This document shows positions 27,719 to 37,064 of a stretch of DNA of 64,000 nt, piece by piece. The notes beneath the pieces were generated by a model, which was not told where the DNA came from, made no database searches, and saw nothing but the letters and a program-made list of their open reading frames with translations. Position 1 is the first letter of the stretch, and every line of letters starts with the position of its first letter. Source of the stretch: Dehalococcoidia bacterium (GTDB lineage Bacteria > Chloroflexota > Dehalococcoidia > Lucifugimonadales > UBA3495); NCBI GenBank assembly GCA_965203835.1, contig OZ241919.1, forward strand, positions 852,188 to 916,187. The letters run 5' to 3'. The position numbers and the translations under genes were made by a program.

Positions 27719-28516
27719 CTATTTTGATCGGTCGTCCTGGACTTGACTGGCCCGGTCCAGCAGTAACTGGACGTCTGATTTTGTAGTCACGTAGAAGTTG
27801 GGAATGCTGCTGAGAGGGTTCTCGGTGCGGTCGTACTCGTCGCTGCCGGCGTATTGATTGTAAATGTCCCCGTTGATGGTCAGCTTGAATCGGAATTCCG
27901 GGTCGGCCCGGCGTATCTGTCCCACCAGTTCGTTCAGGTTGTGAGTAGTCTTGTACTGCCAGCCGCGGGCCGAGATAAGGGCCTTCATCGCGTGTTCCAA
28001 CGCTTGATGAGCTTGCTGGCCTATCATGTCGTCCATGCCTGCTCTTCCAGACTCGATAATCAGGTCGAGCGTAGCAAGGTGGTTTTCCGCGTGGCGGCGG
28101 CGTTCGCCGGTTATCGTCCATTCCTGGCTGTAGTCCTGCTCATCGCCGCTGTAGCGGTTGCCGTAGTCCTCCGGGTCGCTCGGCATGATTATTCCGTCCT
28201 TCAAGGCACGGGCTATAACGTGGTTGACAGTGCGGCGCATTTGGTCAAACTCGCTGCTCGTATACCAAACGGTCTGCACCGGCACCTTCCAGCCGTACAG
28301 GGATTGGGTGAGCTTTTCCGCGTTTTGTTCAATTAGGCTTTCCTGCTCCAGGGTGGGCAGATTGTCCCTGATTAACAGGATGTCAATGTCCGAGCGGCCT
28401 TCCTCATAGTCGCCGCGGGCCCTCGACCCGAAGAGAATGGTTATCTCCGGCTGCTCGGCTTGATGTAATTCCCGAGCGACTTGGAGCGCCCGTGGATCGC
28501 ATCCTGTTGTGGTCAT
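27719..28516 (-). CDS. fused minimal nucleotidyltransferase (MNT) - HEPN domain protein
   Basis: NTase motif GSRARGDYEEGRSDIDILL in the N-terminal half. HEPN-type helix ALEHAMKALISARGWQYKTTHNLNELV in the C-terminal half. The start is uncertain (track start 28582). Confidence 0.7.
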   Translation of the reverse strand: MTTTGCDPRALQVARELHQAEQPEITILFGSRARGDYEEGRSDIDILLIRDNLPTLEQESLIEQNAEKLTQSLYGWKVPVQTVWYTSSEFDQMRRTVNHVIARALKDGIIMPSDPEDYGNRYSGDEQDYSQEWTITGERRRHAENHLATLDLIIESGRAGMDDMIGQQAHQALEHAMKALISARGWQYKTTHNLNELVGQIRRADPEFRFKLTINGDIYNQYAGSDEYDRTENPLSSIPNFYVTTKSDVQLLLDRASQVQDDRSK

Positions 28517-28616
28517 ACCAGTAGCCCTTTGCGGAAGCATTGTGCCCAAGTCAGATTCACTGCGGCGACATGTTAACCCCATTGTAGTCCGCCTATGGCC
28601 GTACCCGGAACCGCTG

Positions 28617-29504
28617 TCAGCCTCCTACCACCTCCCTGAACTGCTGGATGGCGTCGATATGCTGCTGCGGCGTTTCCAGCCCGCCGCGCATGGTGTTGAC
28701 GCCAAAGTGAGTCGCCCCGGCGTCCTGCCAGATGGTCGCTTGTTCCTGCCAGAACTCCGGGTTGCCGTCGGAAAAGTTGATCCGTGGCTCCAAGCCTATG
28801 GCGGATGGATCACGGCCCGCTTGCCGCGCCGCCTCGTGCACCTTGGCGATAGCCGCCTTGCCCTCCTCGCCCCACTGGAACTGGGGGAACCAGCCGTCGG
28901 CCATGCGGCCCACCCGCCGCAGGACCCGGTCGCTGGGGATGGGACTGTTCCGACCACCGGCGCCCAGCCAGACGGGAATGGGCCGTTGCACCGGCAACGG
29001 GTTGATGCCGGCGTGGGTAACGTTGTTCCACCGTCCGTGAAAATCGACGACTTCATTGGTCCACAGGGCCCGCAGCAACTCTATCTGCTCCTCGCTGCGC
29101 CTGCCCCGGTTATGGAAGTCTTCTCCCAAGGCCTCGTATTCAACATGGTTCCAGCCCACTCCGATGCCCAGCCGCAGCCGTCCCCCGGACAACACATCCA
29201 CCTCCGCCGCCTGCTTCGCCACCAGCGCCGTCTGCCGCTGCCCCAAGATCAGCACCGCCGTGACCAGCTCGATACTGGAGGTGAACCCCGCCAAGTACCC
29301 GAACAGCACGAACGGCTCATGGAACATGCTTTCCAGGGTATAGCCCCCCTGCCAGTTCTCGTGGCGCGTGGTGTCCGCGCCCAGGACGTGGTCGTACACT
29401 ATGAGGTGGGTATAACCCAGTTGCTCCGCCGCCTGCGCGTAGTCCCTTACGGCGATAGGGTCGGACCCAATCTCCGTTTGCGGAAAAACTACCCCTAACT
29501 CCAT
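28617..29504 (-). CDS. LLM-class F420-dependent oxidoreductase
   Basis: N-terminus MELGVVFPQTEIGSDP...LGYTHLIVYDHVLGAD, then ...GRLRLGIGVGWN. Confidence 0.8.
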   Translation of the reverse strand: MELGVVFPQTEIGSDPIAVRDYAQAAEQLGYTHLIVYDHVLGADTTRHENWQGGYTLESMFHEPFVLFGYLAGFTSSIELVTAVLILGQRQTALVAKQAAEVDVLSGGRLRLGIGVGWNHVEYEALGEDFHNRGRRSEEQIELLRALWTNEVVDFHGRWNNVTHAGINPLPVQRPIPVWLGAGGRNSPIPSDRVLRRVGRMADGWFPQFQWGEEGKAAIAKVHEAARQAGRDPSAIGLEPRINFSDGNPEFWQEQATIWQDAGATHFGVNTMRGGLETPQQHIDAIQQFREVVGG

Positions 29505-29520
29505 GTTGGTCCTCCTTGCC

Positions 29521-29811
29521 AACTATCTCACTTGGTAACTATCTCAAAACTGGATGCGCTGCCCAACCACCCATTCTCCCAACCCAACTCGTCATTCCAC
29601 CAACCTACCTCGTCATTCCCGCGCAGGCGGGAATCCATCACCGTGACCGAGTAGCCCTCGGTGGTCTCGTAGGTCATTCCCGCGCAGCCTACCCCGGCCT
29701 GGTTTCCCGCCTTCGCGGGAAAGACGGGGGAAGGGGAACGGGAATCCATCGGCTTTGGTCAACGACGAGGGATCGTCCGCGGAGACAGTTGGTTTAGAGA
29801 TAGTTTCTTAA
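29521..29811. repeat. composite repeat block filling a whole intergenic region, bounded by inverted aactatctc(a/t)aaac ends
   Basis: aactatctcaaaac at 29537-29550 versus gtttagagatagtt at 29792-29805. A perfect REP core lies at 29612-29636. A second REP at 29673-29747 has a loop containing a nested gtttcccgccttcgcgggaaagac unit. Confidence 0.75.
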
Positions 29812-29820
29812 TGTTGCCCG

Positions 29821-30942
29821 TCAGCTCCCGGCCTGCCGCTTTTCCTTCTCCCGGAAGTGCGGAATGACGTGCTTCCCGATAGTGCGGATAGTGTTCATCG
29901 TCTCTTCGTGGGACTCCGGGCCGATGGCGGACAGGGAGAATATCTGGTCGATGCCCATGGCCTCGTACTCCTCCACGAACCGGATGCACTGGTCCGGCGT
30001 CCCCACCCAGAAGGCTCTCCCCTGCTTTATCCTGTCTTCCGCCTTGGCGTCGTCCGGGTAAGGCCCTGCCGCCAGGGTCATGTCCCTTTCGTAGTACCCT
30101 TGGTAGTCCGGCGGCACCGTCGACGGGTCTACGCCGCGCCACACCAGCCTGGCCCGCTCCCGCTGCTGGTCCATGTACCACTGGACCAACTCGGAGCCGC
30201 GGGACTCGACCATCTTGGGGTCTTCGTGGCAATACCCGGCGGTCATCAAGGCCGCTTGGTTGTTGACCATGCCCGATGCCGGCTTGGCCTTCTTCAACGA
30301 GTCCTGGTATAGCTGCACCGTGTCGCGGGCTTTCTCCAACCCACCTTCGCTGCCTACCAGGGCGCCCAGGCCCAACTCCCCTGCCTGCTTGGCGGTGCTG
30401 TCGCTCACGCACGCCGACCACAGCGGCGGATGGGGCTTCTGCAATGGCTTGGGCAGCACCTCCCGGGGCGGAATCTTGAAGTACTCTCCATCGTAGGAAA
30501 TCACCTCTTCCGTCCAGATTCTCGGCAGAACGTTGGCGAACTCCTCCCATATCGGCCTGGTGTCCTCCAAGTCGGTGCCGTAGGGCGTGAGCTGGTACGG
30601 GTAGCCCGTCCGTCCTATTCCAACGTCCACCCGGCCCCTGCTCAAAATGTCCAGCGTCGCCATCCTCTGGGCCGTGTGCAATGGATGGTGAATCGGGGCC
30701 AAGACCACGCCGATGCCCAACCGTATCCTGGAAGTCCGCTGGCTGGCCGCCGCCAAGGTAAGGTCCGGCGCGCTGTTGTGGGACCACACCGGGCGGAAAT
30801 GGTGCTCGGAAAACCAGACGCTGTCGAACCCCATCTCCTCCGCGAAGGCTATCTGGTCCAACGCCTCCCAGAACCGCCGCGCCTCCGTCTCCTCCGACCA
30901 AGGCTTGGGCACCTGTATTTGATAAAAAAGACCAAACTTCAT
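29821..30942 (-). CDS. LLM-class flavin-dependent oxidoreductase
   Basis: N-terminus MKFGLFYQIQVPKPW...AFAEEMGFDSVWFSEHHF. Confidence 0.8.
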   Translation of the reverse strand: MKFGLFYQIQVPKPWSEETEARRFWEALDQIAFAEEMGFDSVWFSEHHFRPVWSHNSAPDLTLAAASQRTSRIRLGIGVVLAPIHHPLHTAQRMATLDILSRGRVDVGIGRTGYPYQLTPYGTDLEDTRPIWEEFANVLPRIWTEEVISYDGEYFKIPPREVLPKPLQKPHPPLWSACVSDSTAKQAGELGLGALVGSEGGLEKARDTVQLYQDSLKKAKPASGMVNNQAALMTAGYCHEDPKMVESRGSELVQWYMDQQRERARLVWRGVDPSTVPPDYQGYYERDMTLAAGPYPDDAKAEDRIKQGRAFWVGTPDQCIRFVEEYEAMGIDQIFSLSAIGPESHEETMNTIRTIGKHVIPHFREKEKRQAGS

Positions 30943-31067
30943 TACATCCTCTCAATGGGTAATCTTGCCTCAAAGGCTAATCCTGTCGGGCCCCAAACAA
31001 ACCGCCCGCAGCCCAAATAAACCACCAGTCAGCCTCGCATCCCAACCGTCGTTCCCGCCCTCAACAC

Positions 31068-31092
31068 GTCATTCCCGCGCAGGCGGGAATCC
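31068..31092 (+). repeat. REP-like palindromic element, perfect core copy
   Basis: gtcattcccgcgcaggcgggaatcc, preceded by cccaaccgtcgttcccgccctcaacac. Confidence 0.8.
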
Positions 31093-31461
31093 ACCGTACC
31101 TTCGCCGCTGGACGGACCGCCTGAAACGGATCCCTTCTGCCTAGCGTAAGCATGAGTATCGAACAAACAAGGGCCTCGTTGCCGCCATTATAGTGTGTGG
31201 AAAGGATTTATCACCACAACGCCGTCGTCCAACTGGGAATATACAAAGCCCGCATCAACAAAAGCCCGTTCGTGGTGAGCTTGTCGAACCATGATCGGAC
31301 GACCCTTTTAAGAAGGGAATTACATACAAGTTTACCCAAATCTTAGATTGTCAAATTTGATGACACGTCTATCCCTGCTATGAACCCGAACCCGGACTGT
31401 CCCGATGGGTTATCAGACGTGCGTGTTGATGCTCTGGTGAAGATAGGTTATGCTATTCATC

Positions 31462-31719
31462 ATGAGGACTACTATCTCGCTCGACGACCAACTCGCGAAA
31501 CAGGTACGCCGCGCCGCCGAAGCCCGCGGCATCAGCGTAAGTGCTTTCATTGCCAAGACGTTGGACGATGCTCTGAAGTGCCACGAAGCACCGGAGCCGC
31601 CGCCCTTCCGTCTGGTCACCGTGCGTGGCGTTTACGCCCGTCCTGGGGTCGATCTCGACCGGCCGAGGGCGCTCGATGCCCAGGACGACGAAGCCGGGTA
31701 CGGGCGCGGGAGTCGTTGA
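31462..31719 (+). CDS. vapB: type II antitoxin, ribbon-helix-helix VapB-like
   Basis: N-terminus MRTTISLDDQLAKQVRRAAEARGISVSAFIAKTL. It ends 6 nt before the PIN gene. An alternative ATG lies at 31450. Confidence 0.7.
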   Translation: MRTTISLDDQLAKQVRRAAEARGISVSAFIAKTLDDALKCHEAPEPPPFRLVTVRGVYARPGVDLDRPRALDAQDDEAGYGRGSR

Positions 31720-31725
31720 TTCGAG

Positions 31726-32169
31726 ATGCTGCTTCCCGACGTGAATGTCCTGATATACGCGCACGTCGAGGACTCCACCCCGGACCACGCTGCCTATGCA
31801 ACTTGGATCACTCGCTTGGCGACGGGACCCGAACCGTTCGCTCTATCCGTCCTCGTTCTGTCCGGTTTCATCCGCGTCGTAACCAACCCTAGAGTCTTCA
31901 ACCCGCCATCCACTCTCGACCAATCCTTCGCATTCGTGTCCTCGCTCCTGGAACGCCCCACGGCGCGTATTGTAGGTCCCGGACCTGACCACTTGGGCAT
32001 ATTCGAAAGGCTGTGCCGTGAGTCGGGGGCCGCCGGGAAGCTGGTTGCCGACGCTCAGCACGCCGCGATTGCGGTCGAGCATGGCTGCACCATGGTGTCG
32101 ACCGACTCCGACTTCAGCCGGTTCCCAAGACTGCGATGGCAGCATCCACTGCGTCCTGCTGAGTTGTAG
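31726..32169 (+). CDS. vapC: type II toxin, PIN-domain VapC family
   Basis: N-terminus MLLPDVNVLIYA, then ...DAQHAAIAVEHGCTMVSTDSDFSRF. The acidic PIN residues are in the expected order. Confidence 0.8.
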   Translation: MLLPDVNVLIYAHVEDSTPDHAAYATWITRLATGPEPFALSVLVLSGFIRVVTNPRVFNPPSTLDQSFAFVSSLLERPTARIVGPGPDHLGIFERLCRESGAAGKLVADAQHAAIAVEHGCTMVSTDSDFSRFPRLRWQHPLRPAEL

Positions 32170-32334
32170 CGCCGGTCCATAGTGGACCCGGGATTCATCG
32201 CTGCGGGCATGGAATCTCTGAACTCCTGGCCCCCAATGGCACGGTTTTTTTGAATTTCACTTATGCCTCCCACGGCGTGCGGTGAAAAATGGTACCATCA
32301 TCACTTAACCATCCTGCAAACGGAGGCGACTGCC

Positions 32335-33180
32335 ATGGACATCGGTATTTCAGCCAGGGCGTCCAGCACTTCCCTGGACCCCGCCCAGTTGGCCAAAAGG
32401 GCAGAAGAACTGGGCTTCGAGTCTTTCTGGCTTCCCGAACACCCGATCTTGCCCGTTCACACCACCTCCCGCTACGGCGGCACCCCCGACGGCTCCATTC
32501 CTCCTTCGATGGCCGACATGGCCGATCCGCTGATGGGCCTGTCCAGGGCGTCCGCAGCCACCAGCAGCATCAAGTTGGGCACCAGCATCAGCTTGGTGCC
32601 GGAGCACAACCCGATAATGCAGGCCAAGCAGATCGCCACCCTGGACCACTTCTCCGGCGGCAGGTTCCTGTTCGGCATCGGCGCCGGATGGCTCAAGGAA
32701 GAGACCGAAATCATGGGCGGCAACTTCGAGCACCGCTGGGGGCAGACCCGCGAGGCCATACTGGCGATGAAGGAGCTTTGGACCAAGGACGAGGCCGAGT
32801 TCCACGGCCGCTACTACGATTTCCCGGCGGTCAAGTGCTCTCCTAAGCCAGCGCAAAAGCCTCATCCGCCTGTCTTCCTGGGCGGGTACGCCGCCAACGT
32901 GTTCAAGCGCGTCGTGGCTTGGGGCGACGGTTGGATGCCGGTGCGCGTGACCGAGGAGCAGGTGAAAGCCGGGCGGGCCACCCTGGACGAACTGGCGGAA
33001 GCCGCCGGACGCGACCCTAAGTCCATCCAGTTGGTCGTCTGCAACATCACGCCGGACAAGGACCTGGTACGCCGCTATGAGGACGCCGGCGCCACCAGGG
33101 TCACCATACCTCTGCCCTTGGACTCGGGCGAAGGGTCTCTGTCGGAAATGGAACGCATCGCCGAACAGGTCCTGGGTTAG
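32335..33180 (+). CDS. LLM-class F420-dependent oxidoreductase
   Basis: ACGGAGG RBS. Sequence AEELGFESFWLPEHP...GRFLFGIGAGW. Confidence 0.8.
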   Translation: MDIGISARASSTSLDPAQLAKRAEELGFESFWLPEHPILPVHTTSRYGGTPDGSIPPSMADMADPLMGLSRASAATSSIKLGTSISLVPEHNPIMQAKQIATLDHFSGGRFLFGIGAGWLKEETEIMGGNFEHRWGQTREAILAMKELWTKDEAEFHGRYYDFPAVKCSPKPAQKPHPPVFLGGYAANVFKRVVAWGDGWMPVRVTEEQVKAGRATLDELAEAAGRDPKSIQLVVCNITPDKDLVRRYEDAGATRVTIPLPLDSGEGSLSEMERIAEQVLG

Positions 33181-33194
33181 ACCGCCGGAAGGCC

Positions 33195-33485
33195 ATGCAC
33201 ACGCCTGACTGGTCGTTCCTGCGCGGCAGGAACGACGGCGAACACTGGGCAACCGCCCATGCCACGCTGCCGGAACTTGTGGCATGGGCCGACATTTCCG
33301 ACTTCGAGTACTACATGGGGATGATACCCTTCCCCTACGACAACCCCGAAGCCGTCCGGTGTTACGAAACGGCCAAGTCCGGCGCCGTATCCCAAGGCTT
33401 GGAATTCAGCCACCAGCACTACGTCTCCGGTTTCCTGGGGGCGGTCCACGACGAGTGCGTCAAGCGGTTGCACATGGGCAGTTAA
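33195..33485 (+). CDS. hypothetical protein (96 aa)
   Basis: ORF with host-like codon composition, 14 nt after the LLM stop. No recognisable domain. Confidence 0.35.
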   Translation: MHTPDWSFLRGRNDGEHWATAHATLPELVAWADISDFEYYMGMIPFPYDNPEAVRCYETAKSGAVSQGLEFSHQHYVSGFLGAVHDECVKRLHMGS

Positions 33486-33499
33486 CCTGTCCGAGGGTG

Positions 33500-33976
33500 T
33501 CAGGCTTGAGTGGACCCTTCCGGCGCCGGTGGACGCTCCAGCAACTCCAGCCAGTTGCCGTCGGGGTCCTGCATGCAGCAGCCCTTGCTGGCCATTGGGT
33601 ATACCGCTCCGGGGCGTATCGCCGGCGGGCTAACGAACCGCGCCCCCCGGCTTGAAAGTTCGGCGTAAAAGGCGTCCAGATCGTCCACTATTACTCCCAA
33701 GTGCGAGGCCCCAACCTGGTGCCGCTCCGGCATCGCCACCGCCGTCCCCGGAGGGTTCAGGTACTGGATAAGCTCAACCGAGTGGCGCATGTCCCCCGAC
33801 CCAAGGTAGATGATGTGCAGACGTGCATCGGGGTATCCAACCAGTTCGGAAATGAACTCCCCTTCCAGAATCTGGTTGCGCTCCTCTTTCAACCCCAGCA
33901 GGTCCCGGTAGAACTCCAGCGACCGCTCCATGTCGCTGACCACGAACCCGGTATGGTTCATCCATTCGACTTCCAT
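33500..33976 (-). CDS. VOC family protein (glyoxalase/bleomycin resistance/extradiol dioxygenase fold)
   Basis: Sequence HTGFVVSDMERSLEFYRDLLGL...HLGVIVDDLDAFYAEL...DPDGNWLEL. Confidence 0.75.
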   Translation of the reverse strand: MEVEWMNHTGFVVSDMERSLEFYRDLLGLKEERNQILEGEFISELVGYPDARLHIIYLGSGDMRHSVELIQYLNPPGTAVAMPERHQVGASHLGVIVDDLDAFYAELSSRGARFVSPPAIRPGAVYPMASKGCCMQDPDGNWLELLERPPAPEGSTQA

Positions 33977-34006
33977 CGCTAATCTCCTTGCTCGACCTCG
34001 TCGTCG

Positions 34007-35554
34007 CTACCGGCCCTCTTTCACCCAGTCCGCCACCCGCTCGGCGATGAGGACGGCGGTGCAGTTGGTGTTGGCGCGAATCACGTCCGGCATCACCGAT
34101 GTGTCGACCACCCGCAACCCATCCAAGCCGCGCACCCGGCAATACTGGTCCACCACCGCCATCGGATCGTCTGCCGGACCCATCTTGCAGGTCCCCGATG
34201 TATGGTACTGGGTGCCGATGTTGTCCAACAGCCACGCATCCAGCGCCTCGTCCGAAGCCAGATCAGCGTCGCTGGGAGAGATGCGGCGGGTGAAGAGGTT
34301 TCGGAACGCGGGATGATCGCCCAACCGCACCGAAAGCCGTACCCCTTCCCTCGCCCTCTGCAAGTCCCACGGGTCGGTCATATACTTGAATTCCATCACC
34401 GGCGGGTCATCGGGGTTGCTTGAACGCAGCTTCAACTCCCCGGCGCTGAGGGCATTCTGGACGCTGGAGTAGATGGTGATGCACTTGCCCTCTATATCCA
34501 GCGGCAGCCCCTCCGGCACATGGGCCGGGTCCAGCGAAAGTATGCCGATGTGCATGTCGTCCCGCGTGGCTGACCCCTCGGTGGTGTAACGGAGCAGCGT
34601 CTGAATCATTGCCTCCGTGTCGTCCGGCAACTCGCCTTGGTACTCGTAAAGGGCCATGGCCATCGGATGATCGCGCAGGTTACGGCCAACGCCCGGCAGT
34701 TCGTGCACCATGTCGATACCCGCGTCCGCCAAGGCTGGGGCAGGCCCGACACCGGAAAGCATCAGCAACTGGGGCGAGGCTATACCGCCGGAACTGAGAA
34801 TGATCTCGTTCCCCAGGACCGTAATCCGCTCCCCGCCGCTCTCAACCTCCACTCCCACCGCCCGGTTGCCGTCGAACAGTATCCGCCTGGCGGGCGCGTT
34901 GGCGCGAATGGTCAGGTTTAGCCTGTGTCGGGCCTGCGACAGGTAGGCCAGCGACATGCTCATGCGAACGCCGTCCCAGTGGTTCAGGGGCACCGGGCCG
35001 ATGCCCGTGGCATCGGGGCTGTTCTCGTCCAACGACTCAGGGAACCCCTCCGCCAAGCAGGCTTCGTAGAAGGCTTGGGCGAAGGGGGCCATGTCCGGCC
35101 TCCGATAGCGCCGCACCGGGACCGGTCCGTCGGAACCGTGGAAGTCGCCCTGAAAGTCCTGGTCGCTCTCCATCTTCCTGAAGTAAGGCAGCATCCTGGC
35201 AAACGCCCATTCGTCGTTGCCGCCGGCGGCCCACCCATCGTAGTCCTCCGGTATCCCGCGCAGAAACACTTGGCCGTTGACCGCGCCGGATCCGCCCACC
35301 ACCTTGCCACGCGGTATGGGTATGGCCGCAGACTGTCCTTCAGTCAAGTTGCCCAAGTATTCCCAACTGTGCGGCCCGAATGCGGACCTCAAGAGATTGT
35401 TGCCCCGCTTCAGGTCATCGGGAAGCATGTCCAGGTCCGGGTAGTCCGGCCCAGCCTCCAGCAGCAATACCGACCGGTCAGGGTCTTCCGAAAGCCGTGC
35501 CGCCAGCACACTGCCCGCCGTCCCGGCGCCGATTACAATCACGTCGTAGACCAT
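34007..35554 (-). CDS. GMC family oxidoreductase (choline dehydrogenase-like)
   Basis: N-terminus YDVIVIGAGTAGSVLAARLSEDPDRSVLLLEAG and C-terminus HTSGTCKMG...VVDTSVMP. Confidence 0.85.
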   Translation of the reverse strand: MVYDVIVIGAGTAGSVLAARLSEDPDRSVLLLEAGPDYPDLDMLPDDLKRGNNLLRSAFGPHSWEYLGNLTEGQSAAIPIPRGKVVGGSGAVNGQVFLRGIPEDYDGWAAGGNDEWAFARMLPYFRKMESDQDFQGDFHGSDGPVPVRRYRRPDMAPFAQAFYEACLAEGFPESLDENSPDATGIGPVPLNHWDGVRMSMSLAYLSQARHRLNLTIRANAPARRILFDGNRAVGVEVESGGERITVLGNEIILSSGGIASPQLLMLSGVGPAPALADAGIDMVHELPGVGRNLRDHPMAMALYEYQGELPDDTEAMIQTLLRYTTEGSATRDDMHIGILSLDPAHVPEGLPLDIEGKCITIYSSVQNALSAGELKLRSSNPDDPPVMEFKYMTDPWDLQRAREGVRLSVRLGDHPAFRNLFTRRISPSDADLASDEALDAWLLDNIGTQYHTSGTCKMGPADDPMAVVDQYCRVRGLDGLRVVDTSVMPDVIRANTNCTAVLIAERVADWVKEGR

Positions 35555-35571
35555 GCTCTGCCTCCAATCGC

Positions 35572-35589
35572 CCCCCGCCTTCGCGGGGG
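35572..35589. repeat. isolated inner hairpin module of the REP family
   Basis: cccccgc-cttc-gcggggg. The same module sits nested inside the 58118-58206 element in the opposite orientation. Confidence 0.5.
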
Positions 35590-35641
35590 CAGGACTTGCG
35601 CGACGGTATTGTAAGCGACGCCGTAAATTGAGGCGAGAGCT

Positions 35642-37000
35642 TCAGTCCAGGTTGCGAATTCTGCCCAACAAGAATGAGTAAGCGACGCTGAGAACCAACC
35701 CCACCGCGCCCACTGCGGCAATCGCCGTCGTCACCGATGTGGTCGCGGCAAACCACCCGATGAGCAGGCTGGTGAACACCACGAATCCCATGAAGTAGTT
35801 CTGAAGCCCGATGATCCGGCTGCGCAGTTGGTCCGGCACCAGGAGTTGCACCAAGGTGCCGCTGGCGGTCCGGTTGGCGTTGAGGCCTGCGGAAAACAAC
35901 GCGCACAGGAAAATCGACATCATCAGCCACGGCGTGTACGCGAACATGATGGTCGCAATCGCCGCCGCCACCACCGAACCCAGCGCCAGCCTGCCCTTCC
36001 GGAATACAAATCCCACCGTAGCAATGGTCATGGCCGATGCCAAGGCCCCGAACCCGCTTGCCGCCAGCAGGTAGCCGCCAACGTCTGCCCCTCGTTGAAG
36101 AACATCCGCTGTGAACAGGGGCAGCATGAACAACACCGGATGTATCACCACGTTGGCCACCATGCTCAGCAGCATAATCTGGAATATGGCCGGTTCGTCT
36201 TTCCATACGTAGCGTATCCCCTCTGCCAGGTCGCGCAGGGGCGAGGCCCTCCTCGCCCGGGCCGGTGTTCTCGTCCGAGGCGTCGCTGGGCCTTGGTTTA
36301 TGTAAGGAGTCTTCATCGGCAGTAACGCCAGCACCACTCCCAAGTAGAGGGCTGCCTCCACCAGGAAGTTCCAAGTAAAGCCCATGCTGGCGATGATGAT
36401 GCCGCCGAAGAAGGGGCCTATCATCCGAGTGCCGGCGATGGTGAAAGTGTTGGTGGCGTAGGCGTGTCCGATGGCATCGCGCGGCACCGTATTGGCGATA
36501 AGCGCCTGCCGAGTAGGTTGCACGATTGCCAACCCCACGCCGCTAAGCACAACGTAGAAGTAGGCATGGGATACTTGGGCTACGTCCAGTTCCACCAGCA
36601 GGGCGAAGGCTGCTGCCAGGACCCCCATCCCGGCGCTGACCGTCATTATCAGCTTCCGCCGGTTGAGGCGGTCTCCCAGCACTCCGCCCCACGGCGTAAC
36701 CAGCAGCATAGGCAGCGTCACCATACCGCCCACCGTCACCACCTGAACGGCGGAACTTGCCGAGCCTGCGGAAAGGTCGCGCACCAGCCAGCCAACGGAA
36801 AGCAGTTGGAACCATTGGGCGCTGTTGGCGAAGAAGTTGCCCGTCCAAAGCAACCGGTAGTCGGGGTACCGGATCAACGAGTCAAGGGTGTGTATCTGTG
36901 GCAACCGGGAGGCGATGACCAAGCGGTTGCCCGAAGGTATTATGACGATGGTCAGTAGGAAAAATCCGAAGACCAGGATCGCCAGGCCGACAATTACCAT
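35642..37000 (-). CDS. MFS transporter
   Basis: About 12 hydrophobic segments and the motif GVLGDRLNRRK between TM2 and TM3. Confidence 0.75.
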   Translation of the reverse strand: MVIVGLAILVFGFFLLTIVIIPSGNRLVIASRLPQIHTLDSLIRYPDYRLLWTGNFFANSAQWFQLLSVGWLVRDLSAGSASSAVQVVTVGGMVTLPMLLVTPWGGVLGDRLNRRKLIMTVSAGMGVLAAAFALLVELDVAQVSHAYFYVVLSGVGLAIVQPTRQALIANTVPRDAIGHAYATNTFTIAGTRMIGPFFGGIIIASMGFTWNFLVEAALYLGVVLALLPMKTPYINQGPATPRTRTPARARRASPLRDLAEGIRYVWKDEPAIFQIMLLSMVANVVIHPVLFMLPLFTADVLQRGADVGGYLLAASGFGALASAMTIATVGFVFRKGRLALGSVVAAAIATIMFAYTPWLMMSIFLCALFSAGLNANRTASGTLVQLLVPDQLRSRIIGLQNYFMGFVVFTSLLIGWFAATTSVTTAIAAVGAVGLVLSVAYSFLLGRIRNLD

Positions 37001-37064
37001 CTATGAACGGACGTGCTATGAATGAACGGGCGAAGGCCGCCGGAGCGGGAAATCACCGTTCGCT

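Noticed and set aside
31263-31295. The segment cccgttcgtggtgagcttgtcgaaccatgatcg, which reminds me of a short motif often seen in intergenic DNA of GC-rich bacteria.
   Set aside because: There is only one copy in this window, and I cannot verify the recollection without a search. I do not call it a repeat.
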